Assembly: GCA_963821525.1 (NCBI GenBank)
Contig: CAWGED010000005.1
Coordinates: 992,001 to 1,056,000 of the forward strand
Source: an uncultured Gemmatimonadales bacterium
Lineage (GTDB): Bacteria > Gemmatimonadota > Gemmatimonadetes > Gemmatimonadales > GWC2-71-9
Length of the DNA: 64,000 bases
Direction: 5' to 3'
Shown piece by piece: positions 21,741 to 31,341 of the stretch. A model generated the notes under the pieces. That model was not told the origin of the DNA, made no database searches, and saw nothing but the letters and a program-made list of their open reading frames with translations. The translations under genes were made by a program, and so were the position numbers. Position 1 is the first letter of the stretch. Each line of letters begins with the position of its first letter.

Positions 21741-22520
21741 ATGCTCCTTGCTCTCGACGTAGGAAACACCGAGATCACCGCCGGGCTGTTCCACGGTCCC
21801 GAGCTTTCAGCACACTGGCGTCTCACCACCGCAACCGAGCGAACCCCCGACGAGTGGTCGGTCACCCTCAACGCGCTGCTGGTCCAGGCGGGGCATTCCC
21901 CGAACGAGGTCCGGGCCGCCGTGATGGCGTCGGTTGCACCCAGCGTGACGCAGAGCCTCATCGCGGGGGTGCGCTCCGCCACCGGCAGCGAAACCATCGC
22001 CGTGGACGCCGCGACCCCGCTGCCCATTCGGCTCGACGTGGATGAGCCGCTGACGGTCGGCGCCGATCGCATCATCAACACCCTGGCGGCGGTCACTCTC
22101 TATCAGGTCGATACTCTGGTGGTGGACTTCGGCACCGCGACGACCTTCGACTGCATAACGGGCGATGGCCGGTTCATCGGCGGAGTCATCATGCCGGGCC
22201 TCCGCACGTCGGCGGACCAGCTCACCCGTCGCGCGGCCAAGCTCCCGGCAACGGAGCTGACGCCGCCTGAGCGAGTCATCGGACGGCGTACCGAAGACTG
22301 TATTCGTGCCGGAGTCTTGTTCGGCGCGGCCGACGCCGTGGACGGCATCGTGAAGCGGATCATGAAGGAATGGCCCGGTGGCCGGCGGCCCAAGGTCGTG
22401 GGCACTGGCGGGCTCGCCACCATCGTTGCGCCGCTGACGACCACCATCGAGTTGGTAGACCCGGACCTCACTCTGCACGGCCTTCGCATCGCGGCCGGCC
22501 ATCTCGCCCTCAGGTGGTGA
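21741..22520 (+). CDS. coaX: Type III pantothenate kinase
   Basis: LALDVGNT, VGADRI, VDFGTATTFD, TGG. Confidence 0.95.
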   Translation: MLLALDVGNTEITAGLFHGPELSAHWRLTTATERTPDEWSVTLNALLVQAGHSPNEVRAAVMASVAPSVTQSLIAGVRSATGSETIAVDAATPLPIRLDVDEPLTVGADRIINTLAAVTLYQVDTLVVDFGTATTFDCITGDGRFIGGVIMPGLRTSADQLTRRAAKLPATELTPPERVIGRRTEDCIRAGVLFGAADAVDGIVKRIMKEWPGGRRPKVVGTGGLATIVAPLTTTIELVDPDLTLHGLRIAAGHLALRW

Positions 22521-23456
22521 GCGACGCCGCTTCCTCGGCCCGGGGCCGGACGCAGGCTCGGCTACCGACTGTTTGGGTCTTCTTTCGACTATCTCCTGCA
22601 TCTCCGTCCCGCCGAGTGGCCGATCATGGCGGCTCACACGGCGCTGGGATATTTCCTCGCGGTGGGTCTCTCGGGGGCAAGCGGCGGCGAGGCGTTGAAA
22701 CCGGCGTTGGCGGGCCTGGCACTGTGGGTCGTGTGTCTCAATGGCGGTACTCTGGCCCTCAACTCCGCCTTCGACAGGGACGAGGGTGACATCGGGTATC
22801 TCCGGTCGCCTCCACCGGTACCGCGACATCTCGCGATCTTCGCTCTATCGCTGATGGCCGTGGGACAGGCTCTCTCCCTGTTGCTTTCTCGCTCCTACAC
22901 GCTGGCGTACGCCACTTGCTTTGCCCTGTCGGTTGTCTACTCCATGCCTCCTTTTCGATTCAAGGCGATGGCCGGAGTGGACTGGCTCATCAACATGTGG
23001 GGATTCGGCACGATTACGCCGTACGCGGGTTATGTGGCCACCGGCCGCGCACCCGGGCTGGTACACGGCCTCGTCTTGCTGGCCTTCTGCCCGCTCTTCG
23101 CCGCGCTCTATCCACTTACTCAGCTCTACCAGTTCGAGGAGGATCGTCGCCGGGGCGATAAGACCTTTGCCTTGCTGCTTGGCATGGAGCGGAGCCTGCT
23201 GGTGGCACTCGGTGCGGCGATCGTCGCCTTTCTCTGGTTCGCAACAGCGGGGATCCTGGCCGGCTGGGAGCTTCAAGGCTGGGGACTCATACAGTGGGGG
23301 CTACTCGCTTTGGCAGCGGCCTGTTGGGGAGCTGTTCTGATCCGCTGGCTTTGGCGCTATCGGCGCATGAGTCCGGTGGACCATCAGCGCGGGATGTATC
23401 AGGCCCTCGCCGCCTGGGCGGTGACCGACCTCGTCATAGTGCTCTGCTGGGGCTGA
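22517..23456 (+). CDS. UbiA prenyltransferase family membrane protein (start probably frameshifted)
   Basis: LLHLRP..W, NSAFDRDEGD, TQLYQFEEDRRRGDKT, multiple TM segments. Confidence 0.8.
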
Positions 23457-23542
23457 AGCATTCCAGCCCGCCACTTGGCCGGAAGCGGGTGGCGCAACTA
23501 TACTTAGGCGCGGTTGACTCAAGCCATTTCTTTGGAGTGACC

Positions 23543-24181
23543 ATGGGTTCAATGGCGCATCCGCAGGCGGGGTACGACACCACCGAAGTCCCCATCATTG
23601 TGCGCGGCTCGCTCAAACTTGGACTGGCCGAGGCACTCATCGTTGTCGCCATCGGACTCGTATCTCGCTTTCTGGACGGCCCGGTCGAAATAGCACTCGA
23701 GGGCGTGATTCTCGCCTTCGGAGTGCTGCTCGTTGTCGGCCTCCCCGGCATCTGGACCCGCGCGCGCACGATCGAAGGAATCGCCGGAGCCGCCGGGATC
23801 GGACTCGGCGCCACGGGCATCTTCCTGGTACTCGATCTTCTCTTCCTGCAAGGCAATCTCTTCCCCGCGCTCTACACCAATCGATGGAAAGAGATCGGTG
23901 GAGGGAGCAACTGGTGGTACCATCCAGTCTGGTGGATGGTCGGAACCTACCTGTCCTGGCTGGGAGGGTGGATCCTCGCGAATCAGACCCGCAAGTCCGG
24001 AGCGCCCTCGGTGCCCGGGCTTGCTGTTCTCCTCAGCATCTGCACGGTGGTCTGTGGCGTCATCGCCGTCGTGGTAGGCTTTCCCGGCGCGGGATGGAAT
24101 GTGCCCACGTTCGGGGTGGCGGTGTTGCCCGGCCTGGCACTCGCTACGACCATCTCGGTGCTGGGGGCCCGCAAAGCATAG
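23543..24181 (+). CDS. Hypothetical multi-pass membrane protein
   Basis: GGAG RBS; about six hydrophobic segments; GGGSNWWYHPVWWM. Confidence 0.75.
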   Translation: MGSMAHPQAGYDTTEVPIIVRGSLKLGLAEALIVVAIGLVSRFLDGPVEIALEGVILAFGVLLVVGLPGIWTRARTIEGIAGAAGIGLGATGIFLVLDLLFLQGNLFPALYTNRWKEIGGGSNWWYHPVWWMVGTYLSWLGGWILANQTRKSGAPSVPGLAVLLSICTVVCGVIAVVVGFPGAGWNVPTFGVAVLPGLALATTISVLGARKA

Positions 24182-24187
24182 AGGCGA

Positions 24188-24502
24188 ATGCGCTGGCTCG
24201 CCCTCTTCGCCCGCATCGTCGGCTGGCTGCTCACTCCACTGGTGGTGTGGGCAGCTTCGTTTTTGGGAGCCTGGCTCGCGACGTGGTTTGCTACCGGCAT
24301 CGCGGCGCCGCGCGCGGGACTCTATGCCACGCTGATCTCTGGACTCATCGCGGGATTGGTGATGACGCTGGTCTGGATGAAAGTCCTGCGACGCTCCCGC
24401 CGACTGCGGAAGTCGCTGCATGTCACAAGCGAAGGCTTGCCCATCCTCGAGGATGCGCTTCCTCCCGCGGAACCGCCGGCGGCGGAGGCGCCGCAGGCGT
24501 GA
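24188..24502 (+). CDS. Hypothetical two-TM membrane protein
   Basis: GAGG RBS; two hydrophobic helices and a basic tail. Confidence 0.7.
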   Translation: MRWLALFARIVGWLLTPLVVWAASFLGAWLATWFATGIAAPRAGLYATLISGLIAGLVMTLVWMKVLRRSRRLRKSLHVTSEGLPILEDALPPAEPPAAEAPQA

Positions 24503-24507
24503 GGGGC

Positions 24508-24888
24508 ATGAGCTGGATCGCTGGCGTGACGGCGGTTACCGCGTTCACCGGCTGCCAGGGCAATCATCAGGTGAGCAGGGACTCGGCCGCGTCGTCCGTC
24601 CCGTCCGACTCACCGGCAGATTCGCTGGCGTTGACTGCGGCCCCCGGAGTAGAGGTGTGGTTTACCGATGCCCGTCAGGCTCACGACAGCGCCGGGAATG
24701 CATGCGAGGAGCGAGTGCTTGAAATCCGACGTGACGGCCGCCGAATTCCTGTACCGCTCCTGTATACCGGAAGCCTTCCTCGGCTGATCAACGACTCTAC
24801 CATAGAAGCGCCGATCTGGCTCCATTGCCGGCCCGGCAACCTCTACCGAGTCAATCTCCACACCGGGTATCCCACGAGGGTGCAGTGA
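24508..24888 (+). CDS. Hypothetical lipoprotein
   Basis: ATG at 24508; lipobox-like FTGC; stop overlaps the next start (GTGA). Confidence 0.65.
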   Translation: MSWIAGVTAVTAFTGCQGNHQVSRDSAASSVPSDSPADSLALTAAPGVEVWFTDARQAHDSAGNACEERVLEIRRDGRRIPVPLLYTGSLPRLINDSTIEAPIWLHCRPGNLYRVNLHTGYPTRVQ

Positions 24889-25853
24889 GGAAGACTCTGC
24901 TCCTCATGGTGCTCATAGCCTCCCGGGCCGAGGCCCAGGGCCCGGGGTTCGAGCTGGGACGGTTGTTCACCGAGCCGGCGGCCACGACCTACCGGATTGG
25001 TTTCACGGCCCCGATCAGTGGACCCTTGAGCGGTGGGATCCATGGGACCTACATGGACGCCGAAGGGGCGATCGGAAACCTCTGGGGCGCCGGGGCCGAC
25101 CTCGCGCTGTTCAAAGGCGGGAAAGCCGGACTCTATCTGATCGGTGGAGTGTCGGGCGGGATGGTCACTCAAGGAAGCGAGACATTCTGGGGTTCGTGGT
25201 CAGGCGGACTCGGATACGAACTATTCCCGTTCAGAGCGCTCTCCCTCGGCGTCGAGGGCCGGTATCGTGCCCTCGGCCCCGGCGACTATCACGGCGTGGA
25301 GCTGGGCTTCCACCTCGGCGTGCAGAAACGGTCGCGCCAGCCAGAGCCGGAAACCAGGACCGCAACGGAACCGGTGCTGTCCTCACCTCCTACCACCGTA
25401 GCCACCCGCGCGACACTCGAGGGCGACGGCGTCTCCAAGGCTGACGCCTCGACCGTTGCATCCGTGGTTCAGACGGCACTCGATGTCATGGGTACCCCGT
25501 ATCAGTGGGGCGGGGACGGCGAAGGAGGATTCGACTGCTCCGGACTCATCCGCTACGCCTTCGCGAAGCACGGCGTCGAGCTCCCGCGCACCAGCGCCGA
25601 GCAGGCGAAAGAAGGTGTGATGGTTGACAAGGATTTCGATCGCATGCGCCCCGGAGATATCCTGACGTTCTCCAACCGCGGCGATCAGGGCATCACCCAT
25701 GTCGGTCTCTACATCGGCGACCACCGCTTCATTCACAGCGCATCGTCGGGAGTCCAGATCAGTGTGCTGGACCCTGGCGACACGTATGGCCGGTGGTGGT
25801 ATCGGCGCTGGATCGGGGTGCGGCGGGTGGTCGCATGGATCGGCGGGACGTAA
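24885..25853 (+). CDS. Outer-membrane beta-barrel fused to an NlpC/P60 (C40) peptidase
   Basis: Signal peptide; alternating beta-strands (SGGLGYEL, LSLGVEGRY, VELGFHLG); GTPYQWGG..GFDCSG, LPRTSAEQ, HVGLYIG, FIHSA. Confidence 0.88.
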   Translation: MRKTLLLMVLIASRAEAQGPGFELGRLFTEPAATTYRIGFTAPISGPLSGGIHGTYMDAEGAIGNLWGAGADLALFKGGKAGLYLIGGVSGGMVTQGSETFWGSWSGGLGYELFPFRALSLGVEGRYRALGPGDYHGVELGFHLGVQKRSRQPEPETRTATEPVLSSPPTTVATRATLEGDGVSKADASTVASVVQTALDVMGTPYQWGGDGEGGFDCSGLIRYAFAKHGVELPRTSAEQAKEGVMVDKDFDRMRPGDILTFSNRGDQGITHVGLYIGDHRFIHSASSGVQISVLDPGDTYGRWWYRRWIGVRRVVAWIGGT

Positions 25854-26023
25854 ATCAGTCATCACCCGATGGGGAAAGACGCGTTCTGGGCAGTTTTTCG
25901 CAGTACTAATTCTTAGCCTTCAAGACTTCAGACGAGCGGCGCACCGACGCTGGATTCAGTGTTGGCTCTGGTTTGGCGCGTCGTGGCCTGAAGTGGCATA
26001 CCTCAAATGAAAGGCAACCCCTG

Positions 26024-26671
26024 ATGCGTCGAATTCCAGATGGGCTTGCGTCACTTTGCTTCCTTGCGCTGCTTTCTGCCAGTTCGCCCTCGGTCCTGGT
26101 TGCGCAGATCAGTCTAGACGTTGGGCCCACCGTCGGGTTCTATGCCTCCTTGACCACAACCGAAGGGCCGAGGGCACCGGGCCTTCCCGCAGTCCCGGGG
26201 ACCGCCACCTGGAAGCAGGACGCCGCCGTCGCCTATGGAGGGGAGGCAACGGTCTGGCTCAATGGCCGAATCGGAATCGGGGGATCTTACCTCTACTCTC
26301 CCAGCAGGGTCTCCGTCACGGGGAATGGAGCGTTCGCGAGTAACGAGCAGCAGTCGGCTTCGGTCCAGGTCGCGACCGCCCGCGCCACCTTCTCCTTCGA
26401 TGTCGGCAAGAACCCGGTCTACCTGAGTGGTGGAGTTGGCCGGATCATTCGGGGAGGGCCCGCCTACGAGGATCTCGATGATCCTGCCAACACCGCGGCC
26501 GTGTTCGGAGTAGGCACGGGGCTGAAGATCGCCCGGCAGCTCCGCGTCAATCTCGGGATGGATGTGCTGTTCTATTCACTCCAACTCAAGACTTCGAGCG
26601 CGAGCTTTCCATCTCACACCCAGGCGGACGTTGTGGGGCGGGTGGGGTTGGTGTACCGAGTGGGCGGCTGA
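26024..26671 (+). CDS. Putative 8-stranded outer-membrane beta-barrel protein
   Basis: Signal peptide (VLVAQ), amphipathic strands, C-terminal VGRVGLVYRV. Confidence 0.75.
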   Translation: MRRIPDGLASLCFLALLSASSPSVLVAQISLDVGPTVGFYASLTTTEGPRAPGLPAVPGTATWKQDAAVAYGGEATVWLNGRIGIGGSYLYSPSRVSVTGNGAFASNEQQSASVQVATARATFSFDVGKNPVYLSGGVGRIIRGGPAYEDLDDPANTAAVFGVGTGLKIARQLRVNLGMDVLFYSLQLKTSSASFPSHTQADVVGRVGLVYRVGG

Positions 26672-26690
26672 GCACAGCAGCAATGCAGCA

Positions 26691-27803
26691 ATGACTCAAG
26701 CACGAACCACTTCCATCTCCGCGGCGATCGTCGCCACGGTCGCGATCGGGTTCGCGCTGCATCTGGGCCGGGTGGTCTTCATCCCGATTGCCCTGGCCCT
26801 GGTTCTCGCCGCGCTGCTGGCGCCGCTGGTCGGTCGGCTCGAGCGGGCTCGAATTCCGGCGCCGGTCGGTGCCACTCTCCTCCTGCTGGGAACCGTGGCG
26901 CTCGTGGTCGGAACTGGGCTCGCGCTCTCGGGCCCGGTCCAGGACTGGGCTCACAAGACGCCCGAGGCAATTGCGGCCGCCGGGAAAAAGGTGCAGGCGT
27001 TCCGCCACCGGTTCGATCGACTCAATGCGCTCCTCACACCATCGGCAGGTACCTCCAGCCCCGTCGATTCGACTCGCGGGGCCGCCCCATCCGATAGTAC
27101 GCACGGAGCCCAGGGCTCCGAGCAGCCGGCCTCATCACCGCAATCCTCGCCCACTCAAACCGGCCTCACCCCAATCCTTGGCCGGGCGTTTGGCACCACA
27201 ACGCAAATCATCAGCGCGCTTACCGAGACAGTCCTGCTGCTGTTCTTCCTCTTGGCAGGCGGCCGCACCTGGCGGGACCGGCTTACTCAGACCGCAAGTT
27301 CGCCAGCCGCGGGCAAGAGGGTGGTCGGCATTCTCGGCGAGATGCAGCGGGTTGTCTCCCGATATTTGTTGGTCACCCTGCTGATCAATGTTGGGCAAGG
27401 AATACTGGTCGGAATCGCCATGGCACTTATCGGCATGCCGGCTCCATTGGTTTGGGGAGCGCTCACTGTAGTTGCGGAATTCGTTCCCTACGCGGGCGGC
27501 CTGGTCATGGTGGTGCTGCTGACTCTGACCGGCCTGGCCGGGTCGCAGAGCGCTGGGCATGTAGTCTTGGCGCCCGGACTCTATCTGCTCATCACCACGC
27601 TGCAGAACAACCTGGTGAGCCCCGTCGTTTACGGACAGGGCCTGCGCTTGAATCCGCTCGCGATTCTGCTCGGGGTGATCGTTTGGTATTTCCTCTGGGG
27701 CGTGCCGGGGGCTTTTCTTGCGGTGCCGATTCTTGCGGCGTTCAAGACTGTGTGCGAGCGGGTGGAGACGCTGAAACCGGTGTGTGTCTTTCTAGAGCAT
27801 TGA
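26691..27803 (+). CDS. AI-2E family (PerM) transporter
   Basis: P..LA..L...L.P.V..L, FVPYAG, QNNLVSP, LNPL, WGVPGAFLAVPIL. Confidence 0.9.
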   Translation: MTQARTTSISAAIVATVAIGFALHLGRVVFIPIALALVLAALLAPLVGRLERARIPAPVGATLLLLGTVALVVGTGLALSGPVQDWAHKTPEAIAAAGKKVQAFRHRFDRLNALLTPSAGTSSPVDSTRGAAPSDSTHGAQGSEQPASSPQSSPTQTGLTPILGRAFGTTTQIISALTETVLLLFFLLAGGRTWRDRLTQTASSPAAGKRVVGILGEMQRVVSRYLLVTLLINVGQGILVGIAMALIGMPAPLVWGALTVVAEFVPYAGGLVMVVLLTLTGLAGSQSAGHVVLAPGLYLLITTLQNNLVSPVVYGQGLRLNPLAILLGVIVWYFLWGVPGAFLAVPILAAFKTVCERVETLKPVCVFLEH

Positions 27804-27839
27804 GCGGGGAACGAGCGATAGGGAAGGGCGGAATCCGTC

Positions 27840-28874
27840 CTACTGCGAGTGCTGATGTTCGTGGTTCATCCCTTCCATAGGCGCCATCGAGTACCGGTCG
27901 CGCAGCGACTCCATCCAGGCGACGTCCCTCATCCACGCGGTATCGGTCGGCACGATCTTGGGCCAGTCGCTCAGGTTGTCCGGCACAAAGGCGACCCCCA
28001 CCGCTCCCATCGCCCCTCGGACCAGGTCTGCTCCGGTCGGGTTGTTGTACTGCGCCGAAACCCGGTAGCGCCGATTGGCCTTGAGGTGGATTCCGCGCCC
28101 GTAGATGCCGGGTAGCGTGCGTGCGACTCCGTGGATCTTTCCAGTTGAATCCAGGTTCGAATCCAGGTGCAGCACCGTCTTTCCCGTCTCCAGATCCACC
28201 AGCTCGAGAAACTCCCCGTAGTCGTGCATGTGCCCGCCGGCTCCCACGATTCGCCCGCCCACCGGCAAGGTGAATTCGAAGCTCTTGGTGGAAATGCCGG
28301 GCGGCGCGGTGTAAGGACCGGATTCACCCTTCCGTACCTCGAGTGCCACCGGGAGCACGCTCGTGGGCTGTGGGTTCATGTTCTTCGGCATCCAGTACAG
28401 CCGGACGTGCAGGTAGGTGCCGGACATGTCGTGCTCGGTGGTGTTGTTCCATGCCATGTACATCCCCATGTGGAATCCACTGGACATGGGGACACCCACC
28501 GTTTTGGGCACCATCACACTCTTGGTCTCGTTGCCGAAGGCGAACAGCCGCTCCACGTACGGGCTGATCAGCTGCCTGCGATCGAAGTTGAGGAGGGTGA
28601 TGTGATGCAGGAGGCGACGGTTGAGTTTCTGCCCGGTCGAGTCGTAGAGCTCGACGTCGAACCCGCGCACCCACCCATCAACCGGCCAGATGAACTTGTA
28701 GAGCGGGGTGTAGTGGCCCTTCATGTCGTGGCCGGCCATCAGCATCTCGGGCATGGCGGGCATCACGAACGGCCCCAGGACAACGGTCACTTGATGCTTC
28801 GAGGAATCGATCTCCACCCGCACCGTCGGAGTATCGACGGCGATGGCGGTGGCGAGGAGGAGGGCGGAGATCAT
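27840..28874 (-). CDS. Secreted copper type II monooxygenase (PHM/DBH)-like protein, paralogue 1
   Basis: Signal peptide; RRLLHHI; GGHMHDYG; YNNPTG....GAMG; His/Met-rich tail MEGMNHEHQH. Confidence 0.7.
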   Translation of the reverse strand: MISALLLATAIAVDTPTVRVEIDSSKHQVTVVLGPFVMPAMPEMLMAGHDMKGHYTPLYKFIWPVDGWVRGFDVELYDSTGQKLNRRLLHHITLLNFDRRQLISPYVERLFAFGNETKSVMVPKTVGVPMSSGFHMGMYMAWNNTTEHDMSGTYLHVRLYWMPKNMNPQPTSVLPVALEVRKGESGPYTAPPGISTKSFEFTLPVGGRIVGAGGHMHDYGEFLELVDLETGKTVLHLDSNLDSTGKIHGVARTLPGIYGRGIHLKANRRYRVSAQYNNPTGADLVRGAMGAVGVAFVPDNLSDWPKIVPTDTAWMRDVAWMESLRDRYSMAPMEGMNHEHQHSQ

Positions 28875-28888
28875 CGGGTGTCAGGAGG

Positions 28889-29971
28889 TCACTCGTTGTG
28901 CTCACTGCCCGAATGCTCATGGGCTCCGTGGTCATGCCCACCCTCGCCCATGTCCATCCCCCTCATCTCGAGCGAGGCCATGTCGCGCTGGAAGGTCGGG
29001 TTGGACAAGTCAATCGCGGGCCATTTCGACATGTCGTCCGGTGCGAACAGTCCGGCCATATGACCCATCGCGCCGTTCTTGATGAGTTCGCCGGTCGGGT
29101 TGTCGTAGTACGCGATGACCCGGTAGGGATGGTTGGCTTTGAGCTTGATGCCGGCTCCCTTGATGCCCGGCAGGCTGCGGCTCACCTTCAGCACGCCGCC
29201 CTTCTCGTCCCGGGTCGCGGTCACCTTGGCCAGCTCTTTCCCGTTCGCCGCGTCTTCCAGCCGAACCATTGTCCCGTAGTCGTGCAGGTGGCCGCCGTAT
29301 CCGATGATGCGTCCGTTCAGCGGCACCGAGAACTCATAAGACTTGCTGGACTTGCCCGGGGGAACGTCGAAGGTGTTGGTGCCGCCCACGGTCAGGTTCA
29401 CATCCATGTACAGCGGGAGGACATCCAGCGGCCGAGGATTCTGGTTCTTCGGCAGGTACTGCATCGTCATCCGGAGCCGCACCCCCTCCAGGTCCTTCCC
29501 GGTATCGTTGTGCCAGGCGACGTAGAAGCCGATCGTCATCCCCGAGCGCATCGGCACCCCGATGGTAGCCGGGACCGAGGCGTCTTCCGATTCCGTGCCA
29601 GTGCCGAAGAGTCGTTCGGCCGCCTGGTAGAGCAGTTGGCGGCGATCGTAGTTCACTACGATCAGGTGATGCATGATCCGTCGAGGCAGCAGGTTCCCGT
29701 CCTTGTCGATCACCTCGAGCTTGTAGCCGCGAAACCACCCATCCACCGGCCACTGGAAGGTCTGGACCGGCGTGTCATGCGAGGCCCCGTGATCCATCAT
29801 GCCGTGCATCTCCATCGGCGGCATGTTGGGCAGGTCGAAGCTCCCGGCGGTGACGATGACCTCGTGATCGGAGGAATCCACCTTCATCACCAGGCTGGGC
29901 TCGTCCTGAGGGGTCAGGGAGGGCGTCGCAACCGTGAACGAAGCGAGAAGCGCGAGGGTGACCAGCATCAT
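28889..29971 (-). CDS. Secreted copper type II monooxygenase-like protein, paralogue 2
   Basis: AGGAG RBS, ATG at 29971 or 29968; RRIMHHL; GGHLHDYG; YDNPTG....GAMG; tail GGHDHGAHEH. Confidence 0.72.
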   Translation of the reverse strand: MMLVTLALLASFTVATPSLTPQDEPSLVMKVDSSDHEVIVTAGSFDLPNMPPMEMHGMMDHGASHDTPVQTFQWPVDGWFRGYKLEVIDKDGNLLPRRIMHHLIVVNYDRRQLLYQAAERLFGTGTESEDASVPATIGVPMRSGMTIGFYVAWHNDTGKDLEGVRLRMTMQYLPKNQNPRPLDVLPLYMDVNLTVGGTNTFDVPPGKSSKSYEFSVPLNGRIIGYGGHLHDYGTMVRLEDAANGKELAKVTATRDEKGGVLKVSRSLPGIKGAGIKLKANHPYRVIAYYDNPTGELIKNGAMGHMAGLFAPDDMSKWPAIDLSNPTFQRDMASLEMRGMDMGEGGHDHGAHEHSGSEHNE

Positions 29972-30193
29972 GTGTCTCCTGAACGGAAAAACCCGATCCG
30001 GACTCGACGGGCGCCTGTACTGGTCGGGGAAAATCCTGAGGGGGAAGGGCAAAGTCAAGCGAGCCAAAGGGTAAGCGACGTGGCTCCATCGGCCTACTGG
30101 ACGAGATTGGCTTCGGCCCTAAAGTTAGTGCAGCAATTGTGGTATCCCGGCCTCCGTGTCGGGCGTCGGACTCAACCCCCTCGCAGCTTCTCC

Positions 30194-31111
30194 ATGGTCA
30201 GCGGCCTGCGGCTTTCAGCCCTGTTCGTCTGTACGGTAGCTGGCGCGGCAAACGCCCAGAACCTGTGCGTCGATCGGAACGGGCGCCCGATTTCCGAAAT
30301 CATCGACAATTCCCTGACCAGCGCGGGTGGGGCGGTACTTCGGAATGGAGAGCGGCTGATCCTGTGGAACCAGGCCGCTGCCTCCAAGTCATCCGAAACG
30401 GGTCGGCTTTTCCTCTATCTGCATGAATGCGCCCATCACGCTCTTGGCCACGTCTACAAGTCTCCCGACATGCGGTGGGAGCTGGAGGCGGACTGCTGGG
30501 CCTTCCAACTCCTCGCGGAGGGTGGGCTGGTCAAGAATCGCCGTCTCGTTGAGTTCGAGCGGGATCTGGCCGCGACGCCGGGAGACGCACTCCATCTGGG
30601 CGGCGAGGTCCTGCTCGACAGTCTCCAGCGATGTCTGAGTATCCGCACGGACCAGCAGGCGTGGGTAACCGCACTCAGGGCCTTCACCAGCGCCGCGCAG
30701 GAACGCTTCGCCTCGATACGGGGAGATAGCGTTCCAGACGCTGCATTCGGAACCTACGAATCCCTGATCGACGCCCCGGGCAGTTTCGACTGTGAGGTGC
30801 TCGATCCCGCCTCGCTCCGCTGCCTGCTGTTTGTCTCCCGGAAAGACGGCCCGGCGCGGTCGCGCTACGAGCAACTGGTCAAGATCTTCCGCCGCTGTCT
30901 CCCGTCGCACTGGACCTCCGCCGATCAGCGCGCGCCGTGGGTGGGGCCCGAAGTCCCTGCCGCGCGGCGGCCGGTGCGCCAGTTCCTCGCCCAGGACAGC
31001 GAGAACGGGACTCTCCTGGCCTTGGTGCTGACGCAGCAGGATCGGGTTTACCTGGTGATGCGATCGTCGGAGGATTGGCTGGCTACTGGACCCGGGACCT
31101 GCCAGGGCTAA
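30194..31111 (+). CDS. Secreted zinc-metallopeptidase-like protein (HExxH)
   Basis: Signal peptide (AANAQ); YLHECAHHALGH followed by ELEADCWA (M48/M78-like zincin pattern). Confidence 0.7.
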   Translation: MVSGLRLSALFVCTVAGAANAQNLCVDRNGRPISEIIDNSLTSAGGAVLRNGERLILWNQAAASKSSETGRLFLYLHECAHHALGHVYKSPDMRWELEADCWAFQLLAEGGLVKNRRLVEFERDLAATPGDALHLGGEVLLDSLQRCLSIRTDQQAWVTALRAFTSAAQERFASIRGDSVPDAAFGTYESLIDAPGSFDCEVLDPASLRCLLFVSRKDGPARSRYEQLVKIFRRCLPSHWTSADQRAPWVGPEVPAARRPVRQFLAQDSENGTLLALVLTQQDRVYLVMRSSEDWLATGPGTCQG

Positions 31112-31341
31112 TGCTCCGGTTGAGTCGGTGCGGGAATTGTTGCCGGTGACGGCTCCGTAGTCCGGAGGGCTGCGCATCTCGCCGAGTTTTGCACCACATT
31201 GCGTTATTCCGGTGGGATCTCGAGTCATCAACTCCGCGATTTTCCCCCCGAGGGGTGGGGGGACTGCTCGCGTTTTCTTGATCCGTCTCCGCGGGTTTGC
31301 GTCTGCCGGGGAGGCAGGGGGAAGGTTACTGAGGGGCTGGG

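Noticed and set aside
28898..30193. N-terminal part of the 737-aa ORF 28898-31111
   Set aside because: Antisense shadow of Cu paralogue 2; the real gene starts at ATG 30194 with a signal peptide
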